Source of the DNA: an uncultured cyanobacterium
GTDB taxonomy: Bacteria; Cyanobacteriota; Cyanobacteriia; Leptolyngbyales; Leptolyngbyaceae
Assembly (NCBI GenBank): GCA_963766075.1
Contig: CAVYAN010000017.1
Location: 1 to 64,000 of the forward strand
Direction: 5' to 3'
DNA: 64,000 bases
The notes under the pieces were generated by a model. It worked only from the letters and a program-made list of their open reading frames with translations. It was not told the origin of the DNA and did not search any database. Position 1 is the first letter of the stretch. Every line of letters starts with the position of its first letter. The position numbers and the translations under genes were made by a program. Shown here piece after piece: positions 29,702 to 43,693 of the stretch.

Positions 29702-31336
29702 ATGCTGTGGAAGCTGTGTGGGCAAAGTGGATTTTGGGGGAGGCGCGATCGCCGAAGTTGGCCCTGGAGGGCGATTGCCTGCCTACTCATTGTCTTTCTG
29801 GTTTCGGGTAGCTTGGCTCCCGCTGCCCTAGCCCAATCCACCCTCGCTGATAAGGCGATCGCGCCATCTCCCGCGCCATCCATCCAGTCCTATCTGGATC
29901 GCGTCATGCAAAAGGTGACGGAGTTTCGCTTAGACAATGGCCTAAAGTTTATTGTCTTGGAGCGTCACCAAGCACCGGTGGTGTCTTTCCTCACCTATGC
30001 CAATGTGGGCGGTGTGGATGAGCCAGACGGCCAGACCGGAGTGGCCCACTTTCTGGAACATTTGGCTTTCAAAGGCACAACGCGGATTGGCACCCTGAAC
30101 TATGCCCAAGAAGCCCCGCTATTGAATCGCCTAGATGAACTGGCCGCAAAAATGGCGGCAGGGACGCGCTCCGACACCGCTTCGGTAATCCCGACACCGC
30201 CAAACACGACAGCAACACCCAAGGCGCAAGAGCAGGCCGAATTTGCCCAAGTCGAAGCGGCAGCTGCTAAACTCGTGAAGCAAAACGAACTGGGCCGGAT
30301 TGTTGAACAAGCCGGTGGCGTTGGGTTAAATGCGAACACCTCAACAGAAGCCACCCGCTACTTCTACAGTTTTCCTTCTAATAAGCTGGAACTGTGGATG
30401 TCTTTAGAATCCGAGCGATTTTTAGATCCCGTTTTTCGGGAGTTTTACAAAGAGAAAGAAGTCATCCTCGAAGAGCGACGGATGCGGACAGACAATTCGC
30501 CCATTGGCCAAATGATTGAGGCATTCTTGGATACGGCCTTTACCGTGCACCCCTATCGCCGCCCTGTGATTGGCTACGATCAGGATATTCGTAACCTCAG
30601 CCGACAAAATGTCAAAGATTTTTTTGAGACGCACTATGTCCCTGCCAACTTGACCATTGCCATTGTCGGGGATGTGGATCCCGCAACGGTCAAACAGTTG
30701 GCCCAGGTGTACTTTGGCCGATTCAAGGCCAAGCCCTTAGTTGAGCAGAAAATTGTCCCAGAACCACCCCAAACGGCCCCCCGCGCCGTGACGCTGAAGT
30801 TGGCTTCCCAGCCCTGGTATTTGGAAGGCTATCACCGTCCAGCGGTGAACCACCCCGACAATGTGGTCTATGAACTCATGGGCAATATTCTGAGCGACGG
30901 GCGCACGTCACGGTTGTATCAGTCCTTAGTGGAGCAGCAGCAGCTTGCCCTACAAGCTCAGGGCTTTAGCGGATTTCCAGGCGATAAGTATCCGAATCTG
31001 ATGCTGTTCTATGCCCTGACCGCCCCCGGCCATACCGTTGAGGAGGTCGCCCAAGCCTTGCACCAGGAGATTGAACGGCTGCAAACGGATCCGGTTTCTG
31101 CGACTGAACTTGATCGCGTCAAAACCCAAGCCCGAGCAGACTTGCTGCGATCGCTGGATTCCAACATGGGGCTAGCCCAACTCCTCACCGAATACGAGGT
31201 CAAAACCGGCGATTGGCGGAACCTCTTCACGGAACTCGACAAAATCATCGCCGTCACACCTGCCGACATTTTACGAGTTGCTCGCGCCACCTTCACCCCA
31301 GCAAATCGGACTGTGGGGAAAATCTTGCCCCTTTAG
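29702..31336 (+). CDS. M16 family zinc peptidase (pitrilysin-like), exported
   Basis: Signal peptide, HFLEHLAFKGT, EERRMR, HPYRRPVIG. Confidence 0.93.
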   Translation: MLWKLCGQSGFWGRRDRRSWPWRAIACLLIVFLVSGSLAPAALAQSTLADKAIAPSPAPSIQSYLDRVMQKVTEFRLDNGLKFIVLERHQAPVVSFLTYANVGGVDEPDGQTGVAHFLEHLAFKGTTRIGTLNYAQEAPLLNRLDELAAKMAAGTRSDTASVIPTPPNTTATPKAQEQAEFAQVEAAAAKLVKQNELGRIVEQAGGVGLNANTSTEATRYFYSFPSNKLELWMSLESERFLDPVFREFYKEKEVILEERRMRTDNSPIGQMIEAFLDTAFTVHPYRRPVIGYDQDIRNLSRQNVKDFFETHYVPANLTIAIVGDVDPATVKQLAQVYFGRFKAKPLVEQKIVPEPPQTAPRAVTLKLASQPWYLEGYHRPAVNHPDNVVYELMGNILSDGRTSRLYQSLVEQQQLALQAQGFSGFPGDKYPNLMLFYALTAPGHTVEEVAQALHQEIERLQTDPVSATELDRVKTQARADLLRSLDSNMGLAQLLTEYEVKTGDWRNLFTELDKIIAVTPADILRVARATFTPANRTVGKILPL

Positions 31337-31473
31337 GTTTTAGTAGGTTTTAGATTGACGCACTTTGCGATTTGACGCACTTTATGATTTTCTGTGACTC
31401 AGAGCGTCGCATGAACCGTGATCCATAACGTGAACTATAAATTGTTCAGCTTGTTCCGTGAAGTTATTTCTCT

Positions 31474-31950
31474 ATGAAACCATCGTCGTCTTTGCCTGAA
31501 CCTGTGCCAGAGCCTTTGTCTCCAGCAGATGGGCGATCGCCCGCCCCCAGCGTGGAGTCTCAAACGCTACCCTGGGATCAAGAGCTGATGGCCATTGAGC
31601 AGGCCCTCCAAGCCCTTAAAACCCGATATACCCAGGTGCAGCAGGATCAGCAGACTCAGGCCGATTTAATCAATCGGCGGACCGAGGCGCAGGCGTCTTT
31701 GCAGCAGCAGGCCACGCCAGAACTTCAGGCAGAGCTTAAACAGATCGAGGAAAAGCTGCACGAGCTGAGCTATGCCCTAGAAAGTCAACTGCTGTCTTGG
31801 GCCAGTTTCCAGAAACCCTTTTGGCAAATCCTCCGCTTTGGTGGCTTGGGCCTCGTGTTGGGCTGGGGGTTGGCCTTTTGGGTGCTGCAATCGCCCCCTC
31901 CGGAGCCTCAACGGCAGCCAGTGCCCACGGAATATCGCGGCAAAAGCTGA
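31474..31950 (+). CDS. Coiled-coil protein with C-terminal membrane anchor
   Basis: LESQLLSW..FWQILRFGGLGLVLGW. Confidence 0.75.
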   Translation: MKPSSSLPEPVPEPLSPADGRSPAPSVESQTLPWDQELMAIEQALQALKTRYTQVQQDQQTQADLINRRTEAQASLQQQATPELQAELKQIEEKLHELSYALESQLLSWASFQKPFWQILRFGGLGLVLGWGLAFWVLQSPPPEPQRQPVPTEYRGKS

Positions 31951-32067
31951 TAGGTATGTAAATACGAATATGTAAACACGAAGTTAAAACACGTCGCCGA
32001 TGTAGCAACGCGCAGTGCTGTTGTGCCAGAACGATTTCGTGTTTAATTTTTAATTTTTTGGGCTGCG

Positions 32068-33264
32068 CTAAATCTTCTCTTGGGCTGGAATCGTCACGCC
32101 AAGGCGGGTAAAGGTGGTGTCTAGATCCTTGAGAAGGGCAAAATCGGCATCGGTTAGGTCGGGGCTAGGGGCGATCGCTGGCTGCTTTTCTAAAAATGAA
32201 AAGGCTTGACGGACCTGATAGGGAAGAACGGCAATCGGTGCGTCAAAGTGGCAGGGAATGAGGCGCTGAAAGTCCCACTGGGCAATTTGATCGGCCCAAG
32301 CCAAAACGGTTTGGGGATGGCGGTTCAGAATCAGAGTTTGCAAAATTGGGGCCACGAGTAAGCGTCCGTTTCCCCGCAGGACCTCAAAGGACTTCTCCCA
32401 GTCGGCGGTCCAGCGAAAGGGATAAAACCCCCACAGGGCGCGTCGGGAGCGATCGGGAGCCTGCTTGGCGTCGCGCCATGCCTGCCGCAGGGTGACAGGT
32501 TGCATAGCGCTGGGACGAAAGTAAAAGGCAAACAGGGACGCCCGCTGCCACCCTTTACGGCGATCGCTGGGTGTGTCGGGAATCGGCTCAAAAGGGCCAT
32601 CTTTAGCATGGAACAGCAGGGCAACAGGATCGGTAGCAATAATGGCGGGTGGTTCAGCGGGCACCACCACCAAGGTATCGGTTACGAGCAGGGTGCCGGA
32701 TTGTCGGTGACACAGGGCCACCTCGCCAAAGGTACCTAGCCCTAAATTAAGGGAAAGAATCGCATAGTCAAACTCATCGCCAAAGGGCGCTTGGCGGCTG
32801 TCAGCAGGCAGAATGTGGGTGCGTCCGATGGGAAATCCAAGCCAGCTCAGGGGCAAGTTCAGCGGAAAACTCCACTGATTCGGGGCAACAAATACCTGAG
32901 CCGTGGGAAAGCGGCGGGCAAAGGGACCGACAAAAACCTTATGTTCCAACCCTGAAATAGTAGGCAGGATGATGTAGCGGACATCGCCATGGCGAGCAAC
33001 CAGTTCTTGAACTAAGCGCAAGCATTCTGGGGTTGGGGCAATGGGTGCATAAACCAGCAGACCCCCCGCTGCCAATTTGACCACGGTCATGCGAATGGGG
33101 GTCAAAACGTAAAGAATGCCCTGCATTTGATCAAAAGTCCACAGGGTGTCGGGGACAATTTCCTGCCTCAGGGTACGGCGTTGGCCATAGGGGTAGAGGG
33201 GCACGGTGAACCACAGGTTCCAGGCCCAGTCTCGGGTATTGGGGGAGTGCTCCGGTTGGTCCAT
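32068..33264 (-). CDS. DUF4336 family protein
   Basis: PIRMTVVKL, EHKVF, IPCHF. Confidence 0.85.
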   Translation of the reverse strand: MDQPEHSPNTRDWAWNLWFTVPLYPYGQRRTLRQEIVPDTLWTFDQMQGILYVLTPIRMTVVKLAAGGLLVYAPIAPTPECLRLVQELVARHGDVRYIILPTISGLEHKVFVGPFARRFPTAQVFVAPNQWSFPLNLPLSWLGFPIGRTHILPADSRQAPFGDEFDYAILSLNLGLGTFGEVALCHRQSGTLLVTDTLVVVPAEPPAIIATDPVALLFHAKDGPFEPIPDTPSDRRKGWQRASLFAFYFRPSAMQPVTLRQAWRDAKQAPDRSRRALWGFYPFRWTADWEKSFEVLRGNGRLLVAPILQTLILNRHPQTVLAWADQIAQWDFQRLIPCHFDAPIAVLPYQVRQAFSFLEKQPAIAPSPDLTDADFALLKDLDTTFTRLGVTIPAQEKI

Positions 33265-33537
33265 TCTGCCTAGTTACGTTGATCGGGATGCCCTAGTTTC
33301 GCATGTTGGGGGAATGGGGGAAATGGGAATGCGCCTTGGGCAAACCCACCGATCCCCCAAACCAGGCCAGCAGAGAAAAACGGCTCGGGCGACTTCTTAT
33401 GGCGCTTAAAGACGCCAACAGGCGCATGCCGCCAATCCGCTGAACAAGTCGATAAATAGATAAAGGGCTTACAGTTAAAAATCCGAAAGCTACTACAATA
33501 ATTGGGATTTATAAACGTCGCTTCCTTTGGTGTCCCC

Positions 33538-36774
<3,237 letters not shown>

Positions 36775-36786
36775 AGTCAGAGCGGA

Positions 36787-36826
36787 GCGGGTAGTCGTTG
36801 CATAACGCCGCCCGCAAATTTTTTTC
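36787..36826 (+). terminator. Probable carB terminator
   Basis: GCGGG...CCCGC imperfect stem followed by a T-run. Confidence 0.55.
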
Positions 36827-37427
36827 CCAGCCTGTTGCGAAGTGGCAAGCAAGTGGGATTACTAGCAGTAGGAACACGGAATCCGTGATTTCGGTCACAG
36901 GAGAGCCGTGATGAGACCACTCATAAATCAGGCTGGCGGTAGACACCCGACCATCCTGCATTTTTTGACGGCTTTCAATCACCTACCACATTGTGTCTCA
37001 TAGGATGCACTTAAATTGAGGGGTTTCCTGTAACCTTTGTGTAACAAGAAAATCCCCAATTCTTGGCAAAATCTTAAAACTCCCTACTATGTCTAGATCA
37101 TTCCTCTCATAAATGTTACAGTTTTTAATACGGTGAAGCATTTGGATAACGTCTCTCGATGAACAGGGTGGAATTGACAGGCTTCATGCTTGAGCACATT
37201 ACCTCTTCTACGGGCTTGAACGCTTCTCCTTGGCTCACCATCAACTTGATAGCGTCTGCTCTCTCAAAGCATTTATTTCATTAGAGTTTCCTGATTTATT
37301 TTTGGTGTGAGACATGGCCCTTCTCCTCGGGGCCGTATTCCGGATTATCTAAATTGCTTACGTTCATTCTTCAAGCTGGATGTCGATCCAGTGTCGGTTC
37401 CGTACACCCTCTCTCCCTGTTAGCGCT

Positions 37428-38384
37428 ATGAAGACTGCCCAAACCTCTACCGATTTGGTCCGCGCTTATCTCCGCGAAATTGGTCGTGTGCCTCTACTCA
37501 CCCACGAGCAAGAAATTCTCTTTGGCAAACAAGTCCAGCGTCTGTCGGCGCTGTACGAAACCAAGGAAACTTTGAGCCAGCAACTGGGGTATCCGCCCGC
37601 CATGTCAGAATGGAGCCACGCCGCTAACTTGTCTGAAGCCGAGTTACAGCAGGCGATCGCCGAGGGCGAGTATGCCAAGCGCAAAATGGTGGAAGCCAAT
37701 CTGCGCCTCGTGGTTTCTGTGGCGAAGAAGTACACCAAGCGAAATGTCGATTTGCTGGACCTGATTCAAGAAGGTACTATCGGCATGCAGCGGGGTGTGG
37801 AAAAGTTTGATCCGACCAAGGGGTATCGCTTTTCGACCTATGCTTACTGGTGGATTCGGCAGGCGATTACGCGGGCGATCGCTGAAAAGGGCCGGACCAT
37901 CCGGTTACCCATTCACATCACCGAAAAACTGAACAAAATCAAAAAAGCCCAGCGCTCCCTGTCCCAAATTCACGGGCGGGCTGCCACGGTCGCTGAACTC
38001 GCCCAAGAACTGGACCTGACCACCCGCCAAGTCCGCGAGTATTTAGAACGAGCCCGTCAACCCCTGTCCCTCGATCTGCGGGTTGGGGATAACCAAGATA
38101 CAGAACTGGGCGAACTGCTGGAAGATACGGGCGTTTCCCCGGAAGAATTTGCTTCCCAGACCGCGCTACGCAATGACTTGGAAACTCTGATGGCCGATTT
38201 GACGGTGCAGCAGCGGGAAGTCCTGAGCCTGCGCTTTGGCTTGGAAGATGGGCAATCTTTGACCTTGGCCAAAATTGGCGATCGCCTCAACATCAGTCGG
38301 GAGCGCGTCCGCCAGATTGAGCGCGAAGCTTTAACAAAACTGAGAAAGCGCAAGGGAGCCATTCGGGAATACCTCGCCAGCTAA
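37428..38384 (+). CDS. sigD: Group 2 RNA polymerase sigma factor (SigD-like)
   Basis: [49 protein letters not shown]; short N-terminus. Confidence 0.85.
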   Translation: MKTAQTSTDLVRAYLREIGRVPLLTHEQEILFGKQVQRLSALYETKETLSQQLGYPPAMSEWSHAANLSEAELQQAIAEGEYAKRKMVEANLRLVVSVAKKYTKRNVDLLDLIQEGTIGMQRGVEKFDPTKGYRFSTYAYWWIRQAITRAIAEKGRTIRLPIHITEKLNKIKKAQRSLSQIHGRAATVAELAQELDLTTRQVREYLERARQPLSLDLRVGDNQDTELGELLEDTGVSPEEFASQTALRNDLETLMADLTVQQREVLSLRFGLEDGQSLTLAKIGDRLNISRERVRQIEREALTKLRKRKGAIREYLAS

Positions 38385-38426
38385 CTCAATCCCTCTGCCT
38401 CGCCTCAAGCGCAGCAGAATCCGGGT

Positions 38427-38460
38427 AAGGATGGACATGTATTTGTCCATCCTTTTTTTT
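38427..38460 (+). terminator. Intrinsic terminator
   Basis: AAGGATGGACA-loop-TGTCCATCCTT followed by a T-run. Confidence 0.88.
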
Positions 38461-38528
38461 GGAATTTTTTAGAGGGAAATTTTTGGATTTTAGGGCAGAT
38501 CTAAAATTTTAACGCTGCCCCGGGTCGA

Positions 38529-39149
38529 TCACGTTCTGACTGGATGCTGGCCATAAAAGGGCAATGCTACCGACCAATGGGGGCGATCGCCCGCTTGCCA
38601 AGCGTGCTCCGCCAGATCTAAAACGCCCGCCACGGATCCTCCCAAGCCCCCAGTCGCTTGAATTCGATGATACGGCTCAGGGTATTGCTCTAGAGCGCTC
38701 TGCCACTCTGTGACCGTGAAGATCCGGTCTGGCAGCAGTGTGACGAGGGATGCGCCCATGACCCGATACAGGGCACCAAAGATTTCTCCTCGCTGGGCGA
38801 GCATTTCAACGGCAATGGCTTGCCCAGGCGGCAGATCGGGAGACGCGCCCCAAGCCACCGCCGCCAAGGTTGAAACCGCAAACAGGGGAATTTCAAGCTG
38901 CTGGGCTAAGGCCCGCGCTGTGACGACCCCCAAGCGCGTACCCGTAAAGCCACCCGGCCCCTTGGCTACGGCGATAAAACCCAAATCGGACCAGGGGTAT
39001 GGGGCCTGAAATTCGGCTAAGTATTGGTGCAGTTGGGTGGACAGATCGCGGCCTAGAGGCCAGACTTGCTGGCGGCAATCGCCCCCCAACTGGCCTAGCG
39101 CTAATCCCAGGTCAGGACTCGCCGTGTGGATTGCCAAGCCATAGGTCAT
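38529..39149 (-). CDS. tsaB: t6A biosynthesis protein TsaB
   Basis: LAIHTAS, GPGGFTGTRLG, LPFYGQHP. Confidence 0.92.
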   Translation of the reverse strand: MTYGLAIHTASPDLGLALGQLGGDCRQQVWPLGRDLSTQLHQYLAEFQAPYPWSDLGFIAVAKGPGGFTGTRLGVVTARALAQQLEIPLFAVSTLAAVAWGASPDLPPGQAIAVEMLAQRGEIFGALYRVMGASLVTLLPDRIFTVTEWQSALEQYPEPYHRIQATGGLGGSVAGVLDLAEHAWQAGDRPHWSVALPFYGQHPVRT

Positions 39150-39204
39150 GGGGTTCGGGAGAAAGAGGTTCGAGGGAAAAATTATGCTTTCCGATTGTAT
39201 CGGT

Positions 39205-40467
39205 TTACGGGTGACGCAGACTGGGCGGGAAGCGGGGTAAACTCGGCAGACTGGGCTGAGGGCTGCTGGGTAGAGAATTACTGGGTAGAGAATTACCGGG
39301 CAGTTCAGTGAGATGGTCCAGCCAACTGACCCCAAATACAACCCCAAAAATCAGCGGGACCAGCAGCAGTAGCGCCTGCGAGCCACGGGCGAGTTCCAGA
39401 GTCCGCCGGGGCCGCCGCCGGGAAAGTGGGTGGTGAGGGCGGGGACTGAGCGGGGACCTGGAGCGGGCCAAGTGCGCCAGAGACCGCCTGCTGGCTAAGG
39501 GCTGAATGTTCGTCAGGGGTGTGGGCAAGTCCATCGCCTGCTGCTGTAAATCCGCCATCACTGCGGCGGCAGAAGCGTAGCGGCGATTCGTGCCGGGGGT
39601 GAGCAACCGATCCAGTACCCGACCCAAGTCCGGACTCACCGCTTGGGGCAAGTAATCGCGCCAGACCCACTGGGCCTCGTGACTATCAAACAAATCAAAG
39701 GGAGACGTTTCCGTGAGGACATGCACACAGGTCACCCCGAGGCTGTATAAATCACTGGCAAAAACGGCCTTGCCCCGAGTTTGTTCCGGGGCCGTAAATT
39801 CAGCACTGCCAATGACGGTGCCCGTTTTGGCGAGGGAAGTACCCGTCACAGCTTGGGCCGCCCCTAAATCTACCAGGACCCATTGACTGGCAGGACGAGC
39901 CGCAAGGTGATCGGTAGCGTGATCGGTAGCGTGATCGGCAGAGTAACCAGCGGTACGCCGAATAATATTCGCGGGTTTAATATCGCGATGGATGATTTGG
40001 CGATCGTGGATAAACTGCACCACGGGCAACAGATCGGCAAGTAATTGGCGTACTTGGGCTTCGGTAAACGGCCCGTTCTGAGTCAGCTCCTGGGCTAAAT
40101 TAGGCCCATCAATGTATTCCTGGATCAGGTACTGTCGTCCTTCCTGTTCCAAATAGGCAATTAGACTGGGAATTTGGGGATGATCGCCAAGACTTTGCAG
40201 CCTAGCGGCCTCTTGACGAAATAAAGCTGCCGCCTGCTCCCGAAAGGCTGATGCTTGGAGAAAAAATTGTTTAATGACACAGCGGGGCTTGCAGGGATCG
40301 GCTTCATCGATCGCTAAAAAGGTTCTGCCAAAGCCCCCCTGCCCAATGGGACGCAACGGCAGATAGCGGCCTTTCAGGCGCAGAGTAGTACCACAGGTGT
40401 CGCAGGTGTCCGTGTGACTGTTAGGATTGGCGGGCAAGATGCAGGAGGGATTGAGACAGTAACTCAT
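39205..40467 (-). CDS. Ser/Thr protein kinase with N-terminal Cys4 motif and C-terminal TM helix
   Basis: MSYCLNPSC, GQGGFG, VIKQ, HRDIKPAN, DLG, APEQ. Confidence 0.92.
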   Translation of the reverse strand: MSYCLNPSCILPANPNSHTDTCDTCGTTLRLKGRYLPLRPIGQGGFGRTFLAIDEADPCKPRCVIKQFFLQASAFREQAAALFRQEAARLQSLGDHPQIPSLIAYLEQEGRQYLIQEYIDGPNLAQELTQNGPFTEAQVRQLLADLLPVVQFIHDRQIIHRDIKPANIIRRTAGYSADHATDHATDHLAARPASQWVLVDLGAAQAVTGTSLAKTGTVIGSAEFTAPEQTRGKAVFASDLYSLGVTCVHVLTETSPFDLFDSHEAQWVWRDYLPQAVSPDLGRVLDRLLTPGTNRRYASAAAVMADLQQQAMDLPTPLTNIQPLASRRSLAHLARSRSPLSPRPHHPLSRRRPRRTLELARGSQALLLLVPLIFGVVFGVSWLDHLTELPGNSLPSNSLPSSPQPSLPSLPRFPPSLRHP

Positions 40468-40694
40468 GGGAGGCAGCAACGGATGTCCAGCGGGCTTAGA
40501 AGCTGTTTTCCAGGATAGAGGGAGGGGATCCGGGCGATCGCGGTAGATTCCCTTTCTGGTTCTGGTAAATGAAGGTTGGGCATTAAAAATTGAGGTGAGG
40601 AATTATTGTGCTGGGGCTTGTTGAAAGCTCTTGGGCGGGTTTTCTATGGCTGCGACTGGATCAACAACTGGATGAACTTAGCCTGGATGAATCT

Positions 40695-41510
40695 ATGGAT
40701 ATACAAAAGACAGGTTCGGGGCAAATTGCCCATCTCTTTCTGAAGCCTAATCCTGGGGCGGCGATGCAATCGGTCAATCAATTAGCACTGAAAGTAGGCC
40801 AGGGGATTATCGGCGATCGCCACACCCTTCCGATCAGTCCACGACAAATCCTGCTGGTGCGCCAGGAAGAGTTGAATGAACTCTCGATTCCACCGGGCGC
40901 ATTACGCGAAAATGTAGTGCTGAGTGGCCTATCCACAGACCATTTTCGCCCAGGTGCCCGCCTCCAGTTTCCGGGGGGAGCCTCCATTCGGCTCACCTTC
41001 TATTGTGAACCCTGTCGGCGCGTGAGTCATTTAGTGGCATCCTGCAAAAGCCTGGTAGGCAAACGCGGCATTCTGGGCGTTGTCCTCTCGGATGGCATCC
41101 TGCAACACAATCAGTCCATACAGAGCACTGCCGATGCGTTTCCCGCCCTGCCCGAAAAACCGTTTGAACGCTTTTTGTTCTTGCTGGCCCAAGTTCCATC
41201 TGGCAAGGTCATTACCTATAAATCCATCATCCACGGCATCGGTGTTGCTGGCAGCTACTACCGGGCTCTGCCCCAATACTTGCAAAAGGCGGCGCAATTG
41301 GGTTATCCCGTGCATCGCGTTCTCGACTCCGAAGGGTACCTAGTCCAGCATGTCGTGGCACAACTCCAACACCTTCAGGCGGAGGGAATTGAAGTTGTTT
41401 GTCCCACAACGCAATGCAAGACTGGCCAAAACGTCCGTGTCAATCTTGAACCCCGTGTCAATCTTGAACAATACGCTTGGTCCGACGATAGTATTTACAG
41501 ACGGGTTTAA
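40695..41510 (+). CDS. MOSC domain fused to alkyltransferase-like (Atl/MGMT-type) DNA-binding domain
   Basis: GIIGDRH..RQILL..GALRENV..CEPC..RGILG (MOSC); VPSGKVITY..RAL..PVHRV (Atl-like). Confidence 0.75.
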   Translation: MDIQKTGSGQIAHLFLKPNPGAAMQSVNQLALKVGQGIIGDRHTLPISPRQILLVRQEELNELSIPPGALRENVVLSGLSTDHFRPGARLQFPGGASIRLTFYCEPCRRVSHLVASCKSLVGKRGILGVVLSDGILQHNQSIQSTADAFPALPEKPFERFLFLLAQVPSGKVITYKSIIHGIGVAGSYYRALPQYLQKAAQLGYPVHRVLDSEGYLVQHVVAQLQHLQAEGIEVVCPTTQCKTGQNVRVNLEPRVNLEQYAWSDDSIYRRV

Positions 41511-41520
41511 TTTTTAATTT

Positions 41521-42195
41521 CTAATGCGGCCCTAAATGAGTGGCTGCCGTCTGCTTTTCGATCACCGCTTGCCGGAATCCCAGCACCACCAAAATATTGG
41601 ACAACGTCAAGAACGACTCGGCCCCCCCATGCAGCCAGTCCACATTAGCCAGGGTTTCGCCATAGGCGACTTTGGCGTAAATACCAGCAGGAATAGTGAC
41701 CGCGACAAAGATCAGCAGCACGTAGAAACCCACTAAGGCTAGCCGGGGCGTTTGCCGCGATCGCGTCAAAAACCACAAAAACCCTAAATAGGGAAAGAGC
41801 GACACCCCAAACAGCGTTTCCTTAGAAATCGTTGGCAAGCTGATGGCCAGCAGCAGGGGCAGGGGAGCGATCGTCCGTAATACCGTCTGCGGTGGCTCTG
41901 TGGCCGGGGCCGTGCGCCAAATCCACCAAGCCGCCACCATTTGCGTGCAGTTGCCAACTACGGTCATCGTGGCTTGTAGCGTCACCAACCACTCTAGGGA
42001 ATCCGGATTATCAAAAAAGTGCCAGGTACAAGCACACATTGCACTCACGAGTGCGGGCACCATGGCAAAGGATAGTCCCCACCAGGCGCGGTTTTGGCTA
42101 ACAGTGCCATAGGTCCAAATCAACCAAATGGCAGCAATCCATTCAATCACGCTAGAAACGTGAATGATCCAAGTGGGAATCGAAAGAGCATGCAT
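41521..42195 (-). CDS. ycf49: Ycf49 (DUF2499) - DUF3593 fusion membrane protein
   Basis: MHALSIPTWIIHVSSVIEW..CACTWHFFDN, then LFGVSLFPYLGFL..VDWLHGGAESFLT in one frame. Confidence 0.85.
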   Translation of the reverse strand: MHALSIPTWIIHVSSVIEWIAAIWLIWTYGTVSQNRAWWGLSFAMVPALVSAMCACTWHFFDNPDSLEWLVTLQATMTVVGNCTQMVAAWWIWRTAPATEPPQTVLRTIAPLPLLLAISLPTISKETLFGVSLFPYLGFLWFLTRSRQTPRLALVGFYVLLIFVAVTIPAGIYAKVAYGETLANVDWLHGGAESFLTLSNILVVLGFRQAVIEKQTAATHLGPH

Positions 42196-42317
42196 GGGAA
42201 TCGTGGGGTGAATAAGAAGTTTTGTGAGCGATCGCCGCCCTGAGCAAATTGGGGGTTTGAGTTTGGCGTGAATCCATTTACATTGAGGGTTCACAATTCA
42301 TTATTCATGACATCACC

Positions 42318-43390
42318 ATGGTTCGGGCGGTTTTGTGTGGTTATTACGGCATGGGCAACGGCGGCGACGAGGCGCTGTTGGCATCACTTCTGCAAATGTT
42401 GCCCCCCATGTGGAACCGTGGGTCCTTTCGGGCAATCCCCAGCAAACGGAACTGCGTCATCGAGTCACGGCCATTGATCGCAAAAATGCGATCGCCGTCT
42501 TGACCGCACTTTCCCAGGCTCAAGTGTTCATTTGGGGCGGCGGCAGTTTAATCCAGGATGTTACCAGCGCCATCAGTCCCCTCTACTATGCCGGACTCAT
42601 GAAATGGGCCCAGACCCTGGGGTTAACCACCATCGCCTGGGCCCAGGGCATCGGCCCTCTCAAACGCCCGTTAACCCAGACCCTGGCCCGCCGGACGTTT
42701 GGCGGCTGTCGGGCAATTAGCGTGCGTGATCGCGGTTCTGCCGCCCTGCTGAGCGACTGGCATCTGCCCTTTGTCTTGGCTCCAGATCCCGTTTGGGCGT
42801 TGGACTCGGATCCCGTTCCGGGTCTGTGGGACTTGCCCGCCCCCCGAGTCGTGGTGAATTTACGGCCTCATCCCCAGTTGACTCCGGCCCGTTTGGACTG
42901 TTTAACTCAGGCCCTTATCCAGTTCCAGCAAGCCACCCAAACCTGTATTGTCTTGGTGCCATTTCAAGCCACCCAGGATTTAGCGATCGCCCAAGCCATC
43001 CAGCCCCAGCTCACTGGACCCAGTCAAATTTTGGTTCTAGAGGATCCACGTCAGCTCAAGGGCATTTTTCGCGGTGTCGAAATGGCGATCGCAATGCGAT
43101 TCCATGGTCTGATTATGGCCGCCGCTGAGGGCTGTCGCTGTTTTGCCCTCAGCTATGACCCCAAGGTTAGCCAACTCATGCAGGAATTAGACATGCCGGG
43201 ATGGGAACTGTCCGCTCTGCCCGACAACGCCGCCCAAATCTGCCAAACCTGGCTAGAACACTATGCCAATGGCGATCCCCTCACCCCAGACCAAATTCAT
43301 TCCCGCGTAGATCGGGCCTTAATGCATCGAGAACTTTTGCAAGAGGCGATCAGCGGCCCCCCGACCTTCTCGCAGGCCCCTACGACCTAG
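42318..43390 (+). CDS. csaB: Polysaccharide pyruvyl transferase (frameshift in the C-run near 42402-42407)
   Basis: CGYYGMGNGGDEALL in one frame; WGGGSLIQD, SVRD, MRFHGLI, SYDPKV in the next. Confidence 0.88.
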
Positions 43391-43693
43391 TGCCACCCAA
43401 TAGAGTGCCACCCGATAGAGTGCCGCCCGATCCAGCCCCCAGCCCTAAAGCCCAAAAAATCAGAACAATTTCGTGCAAATCTCATTTTTCATGATAAGAC
43501 TGGGTGTGGAATGAACAGTGATTTGGAATTAACGCTGTATTTAGTGTTCTGAGCAACTGTTCAACGCCATATATCCCGTTACTATCGGAAAGCTGTATCA
43601 TGCAGTTCGATGAACCCTGCCTGAATGTGGCTGTATGATGGGGACGCACCCAAATCTCACGATAAGACTTGCCGAGTCGTTAGGATAAACGCC

